A model generated the notes under the pieces. It was not told where the DNA came from. It did not search any database and saw only the letters and a list, made by a program, of their open reading frames with translations. Below, one piece after another: positions 11,696 through 21,938 of a DNA stretch of 64,000 nucleotides. Every line of letters starts with the position of its first letter. The first letter of the stretch is position 1. Position numbers and translations under genes: made by a program. Source of the DNA: Thermodesulfobacteriota bacterium (GTDB taxonomy: Bacteria; Desulfobacterota; Desulfarculia; JACQYL01); assembly GCA_963675595.2 (NCBI GenBank), contig CAXXLZ010000001.1:736001-800000 (forward strand). Reading direction: 5' to 3'.

Positions 11696-12007
11696 ATGTT
11701 CGGCTTGGGTGCCCTGGAAATCGCCATCATTGCCGTGATCATTCTGTTTATTTTCGGCGCGAAAAGAATTCCGGACATCGGTGAGGGGCTGGGTAAGGCT
11801 ATCCGTGAGTTCAGAAACGTGAAGAAGGAATTCGCCAAGGAAGAGTCGGCCGAGAAATCCCAAAAGGGCGAGACGGGTGAGCCTTCGGCGCTTGAACGCA
11901 AAATTGCGGGAAAGGTGGCCGAGGGTGTGTCCAACCGGATTCCCGCAGTGAAACAGGCGAAAAAGATCAAAGAAGGAGCGGACAAGGTCAAGAACCTGCT
12001 GTCGTGA
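11696..12007 (+). CDS. tatA: Twin-arginine translocase TatA/TatE-family subunit
   Basis: MFGLGALEIAIIAVIILFIFGAKRIPDIGEGLGKAIREF; GAGG RBS before ATG 11696. Confidence 0.88.
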   Translation: MFGLGALEIAIIAVIILFIFGAKRIPDIGEGLGKAIREFRNVKKEFAKEESAEKSQKGETGEPSALERKIAGKVAEGVSNRIPAVKQAKKIKEGADKVKNLLS

Positions 12008-12196
12008 TGCCTTTTGGGCGTCGGAGATAAGGGGAGCCGGCCCCCCGTAACCTCCTCGGTCCGGACAACCTTGACCCGGCGGACGTTGGGACGGGAAGAA
12101 CCCTGTATCACGGGCCGTTCCCCGGGTCCGGATGTCCCAGGAACCGATCCTGATGGTGCAAGACTCGTCTGGAAAGATTCTCAAAAAAACGCAGCC

Positions 12197-13315
12197 ATGA
12201 CCCAACCTTTTTCCGTCGACGAAAGCGTCCGCCCGGACGCGTTTCGCGCCTCTCTCCTCAAATGGTACGCGGCCAACCGGCGGTGTCTACCCTGGCGAGC
12301 CCACCGTGATCCGTATGCGGTGTGGGTTTCCGAGGTGCTGCTCCAACAGACCCGTGTCGACCAGGCGGAGTCGTACTTCCACCGCTTCCTGACCGCGTTC
12401 CCCTCCTTGTTCGCTCTCTCCGAGGCTCGGCAGTCCGAAGTGCTGAAAATATGTGAAGGAATGGGATATTACGCCCGGGCACGCAATCTCCACCAAGCCG
12501 CAAAAGTGGTGCGGGAACGCTATCAAGGCGTTGTTCCCGATCGCCTGGAAGACCTTCTCTCCCTACCGGGTGTCGGACCCTATACCGCCCGAGCCATATT
12601 GAGCATCGCTTTCGGCCTGAAACACGCGGTGGTGGACGGCAACGTCAAGAGGGTCTTATCGCGTGTCTTCAACCTGGATGGAGAAATCGGGTCCGGCGAC
12701 CATGAAAAGGCTCTCTGGAATCTGGCGGAGTCACTGGTCGATTCCGGCGACCCCGGCGGGTACAATCAGGCCCTCATGGATTTCGGCTCCCTGGTATGCA
12801 GGCCCGGAAAGCCTAAATGCCCGGAGTGCCCTTTGCAGTCCGTGTGTCTGGCCAGGAAGGCGGGCAAAGAGAATATCCTGCCGCGGAAGAAAGTAAAGCC
12901 CCAAAGACCCCATTACGACGTATCGGCGGGCATCATCATGGGAGACGACCATGTGTTGATCACCAAACGTTTTCCTCAGGGGTTGCTGGGAGGCCTGTGG
13001 GAGTTTCCCGGTGGCAAGAAGGAGGCTTCCGATGAAAGCATGGAGGCTTGTCTGACGCGGGAGATTGACGAGGAACTCGCCATACGAATTCGTGTGGGGC
13101 CTCTTTTCATGAAGGTCCGGCATGCCTACACTCACTTCCGCATCACCTTGCATGCCTTTCTTTGCAGGCACACCGGAGGCGAACCGCAGACCATAGGTTG
13201 CGCGGACTACAGATGGGTCGAGGTGTCCGAGATTCGCGACTATCCTTTTCCCAAGGCCGACAGGAAAATCCTGGAAACTCTGGAAACGGTGAATCCGTTT
13301 CGAATGATGCCCTGA
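12197..13315 (+). CDS. mutY: A/G-specific adenine glycosylase with C-terminal NUDIX-like domain
   Basis: LPWR, WVSEVLLQQT, GYYARARNL, LPGVGPYTA, VDGNVKRV, Fe-S C-x6-C-x2-C-x5-C, GLWEFPGG. Confidence 0.96.
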   Translation: MTQPFSVDESVRPDAFRASLLKWYAANRRCLPWRAHRDPYAVWVSEVLLQQTRVDQAESYFHRFLTAFPSLFALSEARQSEVLKICEGMGYYARARNLHQAAKVVRERYQGVVPDRLEDLLSLPGVGPYTARAILSIAFGLKHAVVDGNVKRVLSRVFNLDGEIGSGDHEKALWNLAESLVDSGDPGGYNQALMDFGSLVCRPGKPKCPECPLQSVCLARKAGKENILPRKKVKPQRPHYDVSAGIIMGDDHVLITKRFPQGLLGGLWEFPGGKKEASDESMEACLTREIDEELAIRIRVGPLFMKVRHAYTHFRITLHAFLCRHTGGEPQTIGCADYRWVEVSEIRDYPFPKADRKILETLETVNPFRMMP

Positions 13316-13367
13316 TCGGTTGCCGTCGACGAGCGACGCCGCTTACGCCGTTTGAGAAGATCGGGAC

Positions 13368-13404
13368 AAAAAAGCCGGCCCACCGTTATTCGGTGGGCCG
13401 GCTT
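13368..13404 (-). terminator. Intrinsic terminator between convergent mutY and the RnfB fusion
   Basis: AAGCCGGCCCACCG-TTATT-CGGTGGGCCGGCTT stem with a T-run on the minus strand. Confidence 0.8.
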
Positions 13405-13429
13405 GGATGATCAACGGGTGTGCGCGGGC

Positions 13430-15529
13430 TCAGGCTGCGGAGTCATCTCTGCGGTAGCAGATCAGGCCGCAATCCAGGCATCTCGCCGCTTCGGCTTTTG
13501 CCATTTCTTGAGTCAATCCCAATTCTTCCTCAGTGAATCGGTGCACTTCATCGCCCAATTCAACGGATTCCGGCTGCCGGCGAGGAGCCGGGGAAATGCC
13601 GGAGACTTGGTCTACGTTGAGGAGACACGAGTCGGGTCGGATCATGCGCTCGGGCAAGGTCACCGGCTGTCCCTTCAGGGATTGATGTACCGACCGAGCC
13701 AGCCTTCTTCCCGCGCCGATGGCTTCCACTGCGGCTTTGTAGTCGCTTACGGTGGAAGAGGGATCGAAGAGGCCGATCTGCCCGGAGGGAGAAGGTTGTT
13801 TGTAGGCATCGACGGTACGCCACTGGAGCGGACCGGAGGTTTCTTCCTCGGATTCCGCATCCCCTTGCTCCGAAGCGACAGGTACGAAAATCAGCTCGGG
13901 ATATCGGACGAGTGAGGTGATGACCCAGTCCACTTGGAGTATCTTTTCCGATTCGGGGATGAGGCAGGGACGGGCAAGTTCTCCGGCGGAGTCGGCAGCC
14001 GGTTCGGCATTCATGATTTCCAGGCCTGTGAGCCGGTCTTCCTCACCCAGCAAACCCGTGGGAACCGTACCGAACTCGAAGACCACGCCCTTGCCTTCGG
14101 CGGAGGCCACGTCAATTCCCGCACTCTGCATGGCTTCTCGTGTTTTGGCCGCAACCAGGGTGACCGCACGTTTTCCGTCGCCGCGCAGTTTTACCGCCAT
14201 GTCCACCGCGGCCTTGGAGTGTCCCACGACGGCAACGCTCTTCTTTTCCGGGACCAAGTTCTCACCCCGGGCCATGGCCATGGCCAAAGGCATCAACAAA
14301 AGGTTCCCGGGTATCGACACCTCGGGTTTTCCTTTTTCCCGGAGAATCATGCTGTCCCATCCACCCGCGGCCAGGGCCACCGCCTGGTAGCCTTCCTTGA
14401 ACAGGCCGGCGAGGCTGAAATCACGGCCCATGGTGACGCCGGTCCGAGCGGTGACGCCGGTCTCGAGGATGCCTTCGATCTCCCAGTCCAGGACTTTCAC
14501 GGGCAGTCGGTAATCCGCGATGACTTTTCGCAGGATTCCGCCCAGTTCCGATTGGGCTTCGAAAACCGTCGGGTGGTGACCCAGGCGAGCAAGAAAGTAA
14601 GCCGCGGTCAGACCTTCCACGCCGCCGCCGATAACGGCCGCCTTCTTTCCCGTGTCCGGAGCTTTGGGGGGCACAACACGGCTTCCCGACTGCATCTCGT
14701 AGTCTGCGGCGAAGCGTTTCAGATGATTGATATTGATCGGTTCATCGGCCATGCCGCGTCGGCATTCATATTCGCACGGATGAGGGCAGATTCGGCCGCA
14801 AACCAACGGAAACGGATTGCTCTGCTTAATAACTTCGACGGCCTTACCGTAGTCACCCTCGGCGATGGCGCGTATGTAGTCGGGAATGCGGATTTCGGCC
14901 GGGCAGGTGCGCTGGCAGGGGGCCGTGCATTCGTCGTCCTGGTAAAGATGCTCGATCTTTTCCGAGTTGGAGGACAAGCGGATGATGTGTTTGGGGCACA
15001 CGCGCTCGCAGGTACCGCATCCGGTGCAGAGATCGGCGTTTACCACCGGCAGACCGGAAGGAGACAAAGTCAGGGCTCCAAAAGGACAGGCCGCCACACA
15101 GGTCCCCAAACCTAGACACCCCACGGAACATTCTTTTGCTCCACCGCCGAGCAACATGGCGGCTCTGCAATCCATGACACCGCCGTAAGCGTACTTGAGG
15201 TCGGCCGCGTCCAAACCGTACTTGCATCCTGGTTGGGCGATTACGGGTTCGGTTTCGCCCACTTCCATGCCCAGAATGGCCGCAACTTTTACCGCGACGT
15301 CGGCGCCCCCCGCAACACAGGCGTTGGGGGCCAGTTTTCCGCTCACCATGGCAGCAGCAGCCGAGCTGCACCCGGCGCTTCCGCATCCGCCGCAGTTGGC
15401 TCCGGGAAGGCACTCTTCCACTTCAATGATTTTCGGGTCAACGTAGACATAGAATAACTTGGAAGCGATACCGAGACCCAATCCGGCCACCAGTCCCAGA
15501 CCGCCGATAGCTAAGGCCGCTGACAACAT
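13430..15529 (-). CDS. rnfB: RnfB-like ferredoxin subunit fused to a GltD/NfnB-like FAD/Fe-S oxidoreductase
   Basis: N-terminal TM anchor, LPGANCGGCG, GCLGLGTC, CTGCGTCERVCP; then PCQRTCP, CGRICPHPCE, IGGGVEGLTAA, C-terminal EAARCLDCG. Confidence 0.85.
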   Translation of the reverse strand: MLSAALAIGGLGLVAGLGLGIASKLFYVYVDPKIIEVEECLPGANCGGCGSAGCSSAAAAMVSGKLAPNACVAGGADVAVKVAAILGMEVGETEPVIAQPGCKYGLDAADLKYAYGGVMDCRAAMLLGGGAKECSVGCLGLGTCVAACPFGALTLSPSGLPVVNADLCTGCGTCERVCPKHIIRLSSNSEKIEHLYQDDECTAPCQRTCPAEIRIPDYIRAIAEGDYGKAVEVIKQSNPFPLVCGRICPHPCEYECRRGMADEPININHLKRFAADYEMQSGSRVVPPKAPDTGKKAAVIGGGVEGLTAAYFLARLGHHPTVFEAQSELGGILRKVIADYRLPVKVLDWEIEGILETGVTARTGVTMGRDFSLAGLFKEGYQAVALAAGGWDSMILREKGKPEVSIPGNLLLMPLAMAMARGENLVPEKKSVAVVGHSKAAVDMAVKLRGDGKRAVTLVAAKTREAMQSAGIDVASAEGKGVVFEFGTVPTGLLGEEDRLTGLEIMNAEPAADSAGELARPCLIPESEKILQVDWVITSLVRYPELIFVPVASEQGDAESEEETSGPLQWRTVDAYKQPSPSGQIGLFDPSSTVSDYKAAVEAIGAGRRLARSVHQSLKGQPVTLPERMIRPDSCLLNVDQVSGISPAPRRQPESVELGDEVHRFTEEELGLTQEMAKAEAARCLDCGLICYRRDDSAA

Positions 15530-15881
15530 AGAATTTCTCCTTTGAGGGGACACAATGGTACGGTGCCTAAAGGCAACGTCGAATTATACACAAATAAATC
15601 CTGAGAGCAAATTCTTTGTGAAAAATGACTCATAATATAGGTTCCTCCTCGCCTCCGAAATGGAGCCGATCCCGGGAAGCGCTCGAACCGGCAAGAGCTG
15701 TGCGAGCAGCGCATTCAATCGCGTCCCGAAAAAAATCATTTCTTGTCCCGGAACGGAAGTCAATAATTGTATTGATATTCTGATACTAGGTAAGTTATAT
15801 TTCCTGATTCATTGTTTCATGGATTTTTCCAGGCGTCCGACTGCGGCGTCTGTTCATTCAGATCTCAAGGAGGGACCAGCA

Positions 15882-16073
15882 GTGAGCCGAGTCTGCGAAA
15901 TTTGCGGGAAAAAACCCGAGGTGGGCAACAACGTCAGCCACGCCAACAACAAAACGAAGACCCGTTGGCTTCCCAATCTCCAGAAGGTCCGCGCCAACGT
16001 CAACGGAACCAACCGACGCGTCACCGTGTGCACTCGTTGTCTCAGGTCCGGAGAATTGGTCAAACCCTCCTGA
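15882..16073 (+). CDS. rpmB: 50S ribosomal protein L28 (Zn-ribbon form)
   Basis: GTG start after GGAGG; [36 protein letters not shown]. Confidence 0.96.
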   Translation: MSRVCEICGKKPEVGNNVSHANNKTKTRWLPNLQKVRANVNGTNRRVTVCTRCLRSGELVKPS

Positions 16074-16632
16074 AGCTCTTTTCCGGTCTCATCGAACGTC
16101 ACCGTCCGCCAAGTGCGGCGTGCCCGCCTACGAGGCGGCCCCGATTCAATGAGTTCGGTGGACGGTGGGACCTATTCCTGCAGACCGGACGCGGAGGTTC
16201 GCCAAAGGGGGGGCCTTCTCCCCGGTAGCCTGCTGAATGGCTGATCGCCGTCGGGAGTGGGGCGGCGATCCCGTGCGTCCAACCTCCCATCCTCGACCCG
16301 GACTCCCCGGAACGCGCCGATATGCTTTTCGGGTCGGTTCCGTCCCCTCCGACAACACCTATCGCACCTTCCCGGCAAGCCTCCTCTTACGGGCACCCGG
16401 CAACCCATATCGGTTTTCTCGATTCGGTACGAACGTCCGAACGGTCATCACGGAGCCGTGGCGACCGTTGATTCCCATTCTCCAATCATGCCGATGATCC
16501 TTCAGGCAGGTTCCTTTGAAAAAAGGCTTGGGTCGGTCCGCGAGTTTCAAGAAGGGAGAGGGGCACCCGTTTCGAAACGGCTGGAATCGTGGTCGATGAA
16601 GAGTCGCTCGACCACGCGCGTTCGAGGACGGC

Positions 16633-18774
16633 CTAATGAAGGCGGGTCACCTGCATGACTTCCTTGACTTTCTTAAGAGCAGTGATCAGTCGATCCAGTT
16701 GCTTTTTGTCCCGGACCTCAACGGTGAAGTCGCAAAGAGCCTTCTTATCCGCCGTGGTGTCAATGCTGACACGGGTGATGTTGGCTTCGTTCTTGGCGAA
16801 GACGTTGCTGATGATGCCGAGGAGGCCTTGGCGGTCATCCGCTATCAGTTCCAAACGAACGGGATGGAGAGATTGGTCGGCCGCCGTATCCCATCGGACT
16901 TCAACCCATCGCTCGGTGTCCGAGTTGAGGAGGTGAGGACAATCCGCTCGATGGACCGTAACTCCTCGGCCGCGAGTGATGAATCCTGTAATGGGATCAC
17001 CGGGCAGCGGCGTGCAGCATTTGGCCATTCGGATGAGCACATCCTGTATTCCCTTGACCAGGATTCCTCCGTCATCGCGGTGCTTGAGCTTCCGGATGGT
17101 CCGTTCGAACAGGGTCTCCTTGCTCTCTTCCTCGGTCTCTCGAGGGAGGAGCTTGTTGATCAACTGTCGGGGTGACACCTTTCCATAACCCAGGGCGGCA
17201 TAAAGGTCCTCCAGAGTCTTGAGGGAGAACTCCTCCGCCATGGGTTGCAGTTTGCCTTCTTTGAGGACTCTGGAGAGTGAGGTCTGTTTTTTTCTCAGCT
17301 CCTTGTCCAAGATGTCTTTGCCCAGACTTACGCTCCGAACCCGTTCTTCGTCCCGCACCCAGCGCCGAATCTTGGCTCGTGCCTTCGGAGTCTTGGCGAT
17401 CTTGAGCCAGTCTTTGCTGGGAGTGGCTTTGGGGTTGGTCAGGATTTCGATGATATCCCCGTTTTTGAGTTGGGATTTCAAGGGAACCAGCTTTCCATTG
17501 ACCTTGGCCCCCACGCAGGTATTCCCGATATCCGTATGAATCTTGTACGCGAAATCCAGGGGGGTGGCGTCACCCGGCATTTCGACCACCTGGCCGTTGG
17601 GAGTGAAAACGTAGACTTCGTCCTGGTAAAGGTCCATCCGGAGGCTTTCCAGGAACTCGCCGGGATGTTCCATGTCCCGTTGCCAGTCCAGAAGTGAACG
17701 AAGCCAAGCGAATCGTTCACCTTCTTCCTGTTCCGGGCCGCCGCCCTCTTTGTACTTCCAGTGGGCGGCGATGCCTTCTTCAGCGATCAAGTGCATCTCT
17801 TGGGTGCGAATTTGAATCTCCATACGCTGACCGTAGGGACCGACCACGGTAGTATGTAGAGATTGGTAGCGGTTGGCTTTGGGGACCGCCACATAGTCTT
17901 TGAAACGGCCGGGAATGGGCTTCCAAAGGGAATGGATCATACCCAGGGTCTGATAGCAGCTCCGGATGTTGTCGACCACGATACGGAATGCGATCAGGTC
18001 GAACACTTGATTGATGTTGATGTTCTGCGCGAGCATCTTTCGATAGATGCTGTAAATGTGCTTGACCCGTCCCTGCACTTCTCCTTCTATTTTGTTTTCC
18101 GTCAACTTGCTGGTGATGATTGACTTGATATCTTCAATGATCTTTCTTTGTTCAGCTTCCTGCTGTGCGATGCCCTGCCGAATCTGACGGTAGGTGTCGG
18201 TTTCGAGATAGTAGAAAGCTAGATCTTCGAGCTGAGATTTCTTGTTACCCAAGCCGAGCCTGCCGGCCAACGGCGCGTAGATATCCAGGGTTTCCCGTGC
18301 GATTTCTCTCTGCTTCGTCTCGGCCAGATAGCCCAGGGTTCGCATGTTGTGAAGGCGGTCCCCGATCTTCACGAGGAGGACTCGGATGTCGGTTGCCATG
18401 GCGACGATCATTTTGCGGATGGTCTCACCGGCTCGTTCTTCCCGGTTGGCGAACCGAAGCTGAGTGATCTTGGTGACTCCGTCCACGATGGCGGCCACTT
18501 CGGGTCCCAGAACCTCCTGGATGTCCTCCAGAGTGGCTTTGGTGTCTTCCACCACGTCGTGCATGAGACCGGCGGCGATACACACCACGTCCAACTTCAT
18601 TTCGGCCAAAATGTGAGCCACTTCCAGGGGGTGGGAGAGATAGGGCTCTCCGCTCAACCTGAGTTGCCCGTCATGTACCTTGGCCGAAAATACATAGGCC
18701 TTCTGGATGAGGGAAACATCGGCTTTTGGGTTGTAGGAGAGCACCAGCTCGATAATGTCGTTCAGGCGAACCAT
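16633..18774 (-). CDS. relA: Bifunctional (p)ppGpp synthetase/hydrolase RelA/SpoT
   Basis: RLSGEPYLSHP, HDVVEDT, DRLHNMRTL, YQSLHT, EIQIRT, TGS and ACT domains. Confidence 0.97.
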   Translation of the reverse strand: MVRLNDIIELVLSYNPKADVSLIQKAYVFSAKVHDGQLRLSGEPYLSHPLEVAHILAEMKLDVVCIAAGLMHDVVEDTKATLEDIQEVLGPEVAAIVDGVTKITQLRFANREERAGETIRKMIVAMATDIRVLLVKIGDRLHNMRTLGYLAETKQREIARETLDIYAPLAGRLGLGNKKSQLEDLAFYYLETDTYRQIRQGIAQQEAEQRKIIEDIKSIITSKLTENKIEGEVQGRVKHIYSIYRKMLAQNININQVFDLIAFRIVVDNIRSCYQTLGMIHSLWKPIPGRFKDYVAVPKANRYQSLHTTVVGPYGQRMEIQIRTQEMHLIAEEGIAAHWKYKEGGGPEQEEGERFAWLRSLLDWQRDMEHPGEFLESLRMDLYQDEVYVFTPNGQVVEMPGDATPLDFAYKIHTDIGNTCVGAKVNGKLVPLKSQLKNGDIIEILTNPKATPSKDWLKIAKTPKARAKIRRWVRDEERVRSVSLGKDILDKELRKKQTSLSRVLKEGKLQPMAEEFSLKTLEDLYAALGYGKVSPRQLINKLLPRETEEESKETLFERTIRKLKHRDDGGILVKGIQDVLIRMAKCCTPLPGDPITGFITRGRGVTVHRADCPHLLNSDTERWVEVRWDTAADQSLHPVRLELIADDRQGLLGIISNVFAKNEANITRVSIDTTADKKALCDFTVEVRDKKQLDRLITALKKVKEVMQVTRLH

Positions 18775-18776
18775 AT

Positions 18777-20501
18777 TCAGACTTTCAGGGCCTCCGAAAG
18801 CCGATCGGAAATCAGCGCCGCAGTCTCACTTACCGGAACGAGTTCCGTATCTCCCGTCTTCCTGAAGCGTACCTCGAGCACCCCGGCCTTCAAATTCTTG
18901 GGGCCGACGGTGACTCGTATGGGCACCCCGGTCAGATCCGCATCCTTGAATTTGACCCCTGGACGTTCGTCCCGGTCGTCCAACAAGGTTTCGATTCCCA
19001 GAGCGGTGAGATCGCGGTAAAGATTCTCGGAGGCCTGCACGACTTCGGTGTCTTTTGGGTGGATCGGCAGCAGGTAAACATGAAAGGGAGCGATGGGAAC
19101 CGGCCAGATGATTCCGCCCTCGTCATGGTTCTGCTCGATGGCGGCGGCGGCGGTACGCCCGACGCCGATTCCGTAACAGCCCATGATCATGAGTTTCTCG
19201 GCGCCGTCGGCATCCAGGAAGACCCCTCCCATGCTTTTTGAATATTTGGTGCCCAATTTGAAAACATGGCCCACCTCGATTCCGCGGTGAAACTGGAGTT
19301 CGCCGCCGCAACGGGGGCACAGGTCCCCTTGTCGGGCGTTCCTCAGGTCCAAATAGCGGGTGACATGGAAATCCCTTTCAGGGTCCGCTCCGGTCCAATG
19401 GAAGTCGGTTTCGTTCGCCCCGACGACACAGTCGGACATCCGGGCCACCGCGGTGTCGGCAATGACGGGTATCTTCAAGCCCACAGGGCCTGCGAATCCC
19501 ACCGGAGCTCCCGTTACGCGCTCAGTGACTTTGGGATCGGCCAACTCCACCTGTGCGGCGTCCAAGGAGTTGCGAATCTTCACTTCGTTGGCGTCGTGAT
19601 CGCCTCGCACCAGCACGGCCACGGGGCTGTCGTCGACCTGATAAATCAGTGTTTTGACCAGACGATCCGGCGTGATGCCGAGGAAGTTGGTGACTTGTTC
19701 CACAGTTTTCATCCCCGGCGTTGAAACCTTTTCCAGTGGCCGGGGCGCAGCTTCCGGGGCTTCCACCGAATCCTCTTCCGTTCCTTGGATTTCGGCCTTT
19801 TCGAGATTGGCGGCATAGTCGCACTGTGAGCAGCTGACCACCACGTCCTCGCCCGTATCCGCCAACACCATGAATTCGTGCGAGAAGCGGCCTCCTATGG
19901 CTCCCGTGTCGGCTTCCACGGCCCGAAAATCAAGGCCGCATCGAGTAAAGATTCTCGAATAGGCCTCCCTCATGGCCTCATAGCTTCTATTCGCCCCTTC
20001 CTGGTCCGCATCGAAGCTGTAAGCGTCCTTCATGATGAATTCACGGCCCCTCATCAGTCCGAAGCGGGGACGGATTTCGTCTCGAAATTTCGTCTGTATC
20101 TGATACAGGTTCACCGGGAGTTGGCGATAGGATCGAATCTCGTCTCTCACCAAAGCGGTGATCACTTCTTCGTGGGTCGGCCCGATACAGAATTCCCTAT
20201 CGTTTCGGTCCGTGAACCTTAGCAGTTCCTTACCGTACTCCTCCCAGCGGCCGCTTTCCTTCCAGAGCTCGGCGGGTTGCACTGCGGGCAGCAACAGCTC
20301 TTGGGCGCCGGCCCGGTTCATCTCTTCCCGGATGATGTTCTCTATTTTGCGAATGACCCTGAGCCCCAAAGGCAAGTAGGAGTATACGCCGGCGGCGACC
20401 CGCCGGATCATGCCCGCCCTGAGCATCAACTGGTGACTGACGACTTCCGCATCGGAAGGGACTTCCCTCAATGTTGGAGCATGTAGCCTGGATAAACGCA
20501 T
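18777..20501 (-). CDS. proS: Proline--tRNA ligase (with INS editing domain)
   Basis: [42 protein letters not shown]. Confidence 0.98.
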   Translation of the reverse strand: MRLSRLHAPTLREVPSDAEVVSHQLMLRAGMIRRVAAGVYSYLPLGLRVIRKIENIIREEMNRAGAQELLLPAVQPAELWKESGRWEEYGKELLRFTDRNDREFCIGPTHEEVITALVRDEIRSYRQLPVNLYQIQTKFRDEIRPRFGLMRGREFIMKDAYSFDADQEGANRSYEAMREAYSRIFTRCGLDFRAVEADTGAIGGRFSHEFMVLADTGEDVVVSCSQCDYAANLEKAEIQGTEEDSVEAPEAAPRPLEKVSTPGMKTVEQVTNFLGITPDRLVKTLIYQVDDSPVAVLVRGDHDANEVKIRNSLDAAQVELADPKVTERVTGAPVGFAGPVGLKIPVIADTAVARMSDCVVGANETDFHWTGADPERDFHVTRYLDLRNARQGDLCPRCGGELQFHRGIEVGHVFKLGTKYSKSMGGVFLDADGAEKLMIMGCYGIGVGRTAAAAIEQNHDEGGIIWPVPIAPFHVYLLPIHPKDTEVVQASENLYRDLTALGIETLLDDRDERPGVKFKDADLTGVPIRVTVGPKNLKAGVLEVRFRKTGDTELVPVSETAALISDRLSEALKV

Positions 20502-20634
20502 GATGATTTCCTCTTCGACTTGAAGAATCCGGCGAGACTAATATTCAGCACCGGTGCGGGAGAGTTGCGTATCGGCGAGCGCGCAACCCGACTCAGGAAT
20601 GGAGAAGGCGAATAGTCTTCTTAGTTGTCGGGAA

Positions 20635-21717
20635 TTAAGGGCCCCCGGCATCGATATCCCTGGTCATGGACTCGACTTCGGAAACGAGGGCGTCTACCAG
20701 CTCGGCTTCCCCAATCTTCCGAATCCGTTCCCCCTTCTTGAACAGGATACCGATTCCTTTGCCTCCGGCGACACCCACGTCGGCTTCCCTGGCTTCGCCG
20801 GGACCGTTGACCACGCATCCCATAACCGCAACTTTCAACGGGGATCGGATGTGGGCCAATTTACGTTCCACGTCGTCGACGATGGACAAGAGGTCCACGC
20901 GGCACCGGCCGCAGGTGGGGCAGGAAACCAGTTCGACGCCTCTTTCACGAATACCCAGTGTTCGAAGAATCCCGTAAGCGACCCGCATTTCCTTAATCGG
21001 AGGGGCGGTCAAAGACACCCTGAAGGTGTCGCCGATGCCATCGGCAAGCAGCATTCCGATGCCGATGGAGGACTTGATCGTGCCTTCGGTCATGGAACCG
21101 GCCTCGGTGACCCCTAAATGGAGAGGCGCATCGGTCTTCTCGGAGAGCGCACGGTAGGCGTCCAGGGTGGTCCGAACATCCGATGATTTGATGGATATTT
21201 TGTAATCGGCAAACCCCCAATCTTCGAGCAGGGTCACCTGCCGGAGGGCGCTTTCCACCATTCGGTCCGCCAATGAACGCTCTTTTTGGGCCAGAAGGTC
21301 TTTTTCCAGGGAACCCGAGTTGACTCCGATCCTGACGGCGAGGCCGCGCTCTTTAGCTTTCCGGATGACCTTCTTAAGCCGGTCCGTTCCTCCCAGGTTG
21401 CCCGGATTAATGCGAAGTCCGTCGGCTCCCTGATCTGCGGCCAACAGTGCCAGGCGGTGGTCGAAATGGATGTCGGCGATGAGCGGGGCGGGTATACGCC
21501 GCTTGAGTGCCGGAAGCGCATAAGCCGCCGCCTCGTCGGGGACGGCCACGCGGATGATTTCACACCCGGCCTCAATCAGTTCGTTCGCCTGGGACGCGGT
21601 TGCTTCAACGTCGTCCGTAGGCGTGTTGGTCATGGACTGTACCACGATGGGTGCATCGCCGCCCACCGGGACGTCTCCCACTTGAATCAGACGTGTCTTC
21701 TTCCTGACGATGTTCAT
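20635..21717 (-). CDS. ispG: (E)-4-hydroxy-3-methylbut-2-enyl-diphosphate synthase
   Basis: QSMTNT, ADIHFD, RINPGN, RIGVNSGSL, HLGVTEAG, SCPTCGR, MGCVVNGPGE. Confidence 0.97.
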   Translation of the reverse strand: MNIVRKKTRLIQVGDVPVGGDAPIVVQSMTNTPTDDVEATASQANELIEAGCEIIRVAVPDEAAAYALPALKRRIPAPLIADIHFDHRLALLAADQGADGLRINPGNLGGTDRLKKVIRKAKERGLAVRIGVNSGSLEKDLLAQKERSLADRMVESALRQVTLLEDWGFADYKISIKSSDVRTTLDAYRALSEKTDAPLHLGVTEAGSMTEGTIKSSIGIGMLLADGIGDTFRVSLTAPPIKEMRVAYGILRTLGIRERGVELVSCPTCGRCRVDLLSIVDDVERKLAHIRSPLKVAVMGCVVNGPGEAREADVGVAGGKGIGILFKKGERIRKIGEAELVDALVSEVESMTRDIDAGGP

Positions 21718-21839
21718 AAGTTTCACTATCTTATGGGCATGGAATTTTGTCAATGACAAGGATTCGGTCTTTAGGGCGACCTGGGGCATGAGGGGTTCGG
21801 CGATGCGGCCCGGACCTCGGTTATAACATCGGGTGTTTC

Positions 21840-21904
21840 TTGACCGTGAGGACCCCAATCCTTATTGTACAAAATATTGTTCGGTTCGAGGTGAATACCT
21901 CGAA
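21840..21904 (+). promoter_or_regulatory. sigma70-type promoter plus downstream 8-bp inverted repeat (candidate operator)
   Basis: TTGACC-17 nt-TATTGT at 21840-21868; TTCGAGGT-GAAT-ACCTCGAA at 21885-21904. Confidence 0.5.
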
Positions 21905-21938
21905 GTTTTTCAACTTTTAGTAGGGAGGTAACGCGTCT

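Noticed and set aside
13934-15115. 393-aa plus-strand ORF (likewise 2020-3078, 21948-23399, 61506-62642)
   Set aside because: Antisense to well-supported genes; expected from high-GC codon bias
15615-15635. Rex operator upstream of the RnfB fusion (also a half-site at 46951-46970)
   Set aside because: Only one half of TTGTGAA-N4-TTCACAA matches in each case
16074-16632. tmRNA, RNase P, SRP or tRNA gene
   Set aside because: Diagnostic sequences (tRNA-like ends, GAGGAAAGUCC, SRP loop) not found on either strand
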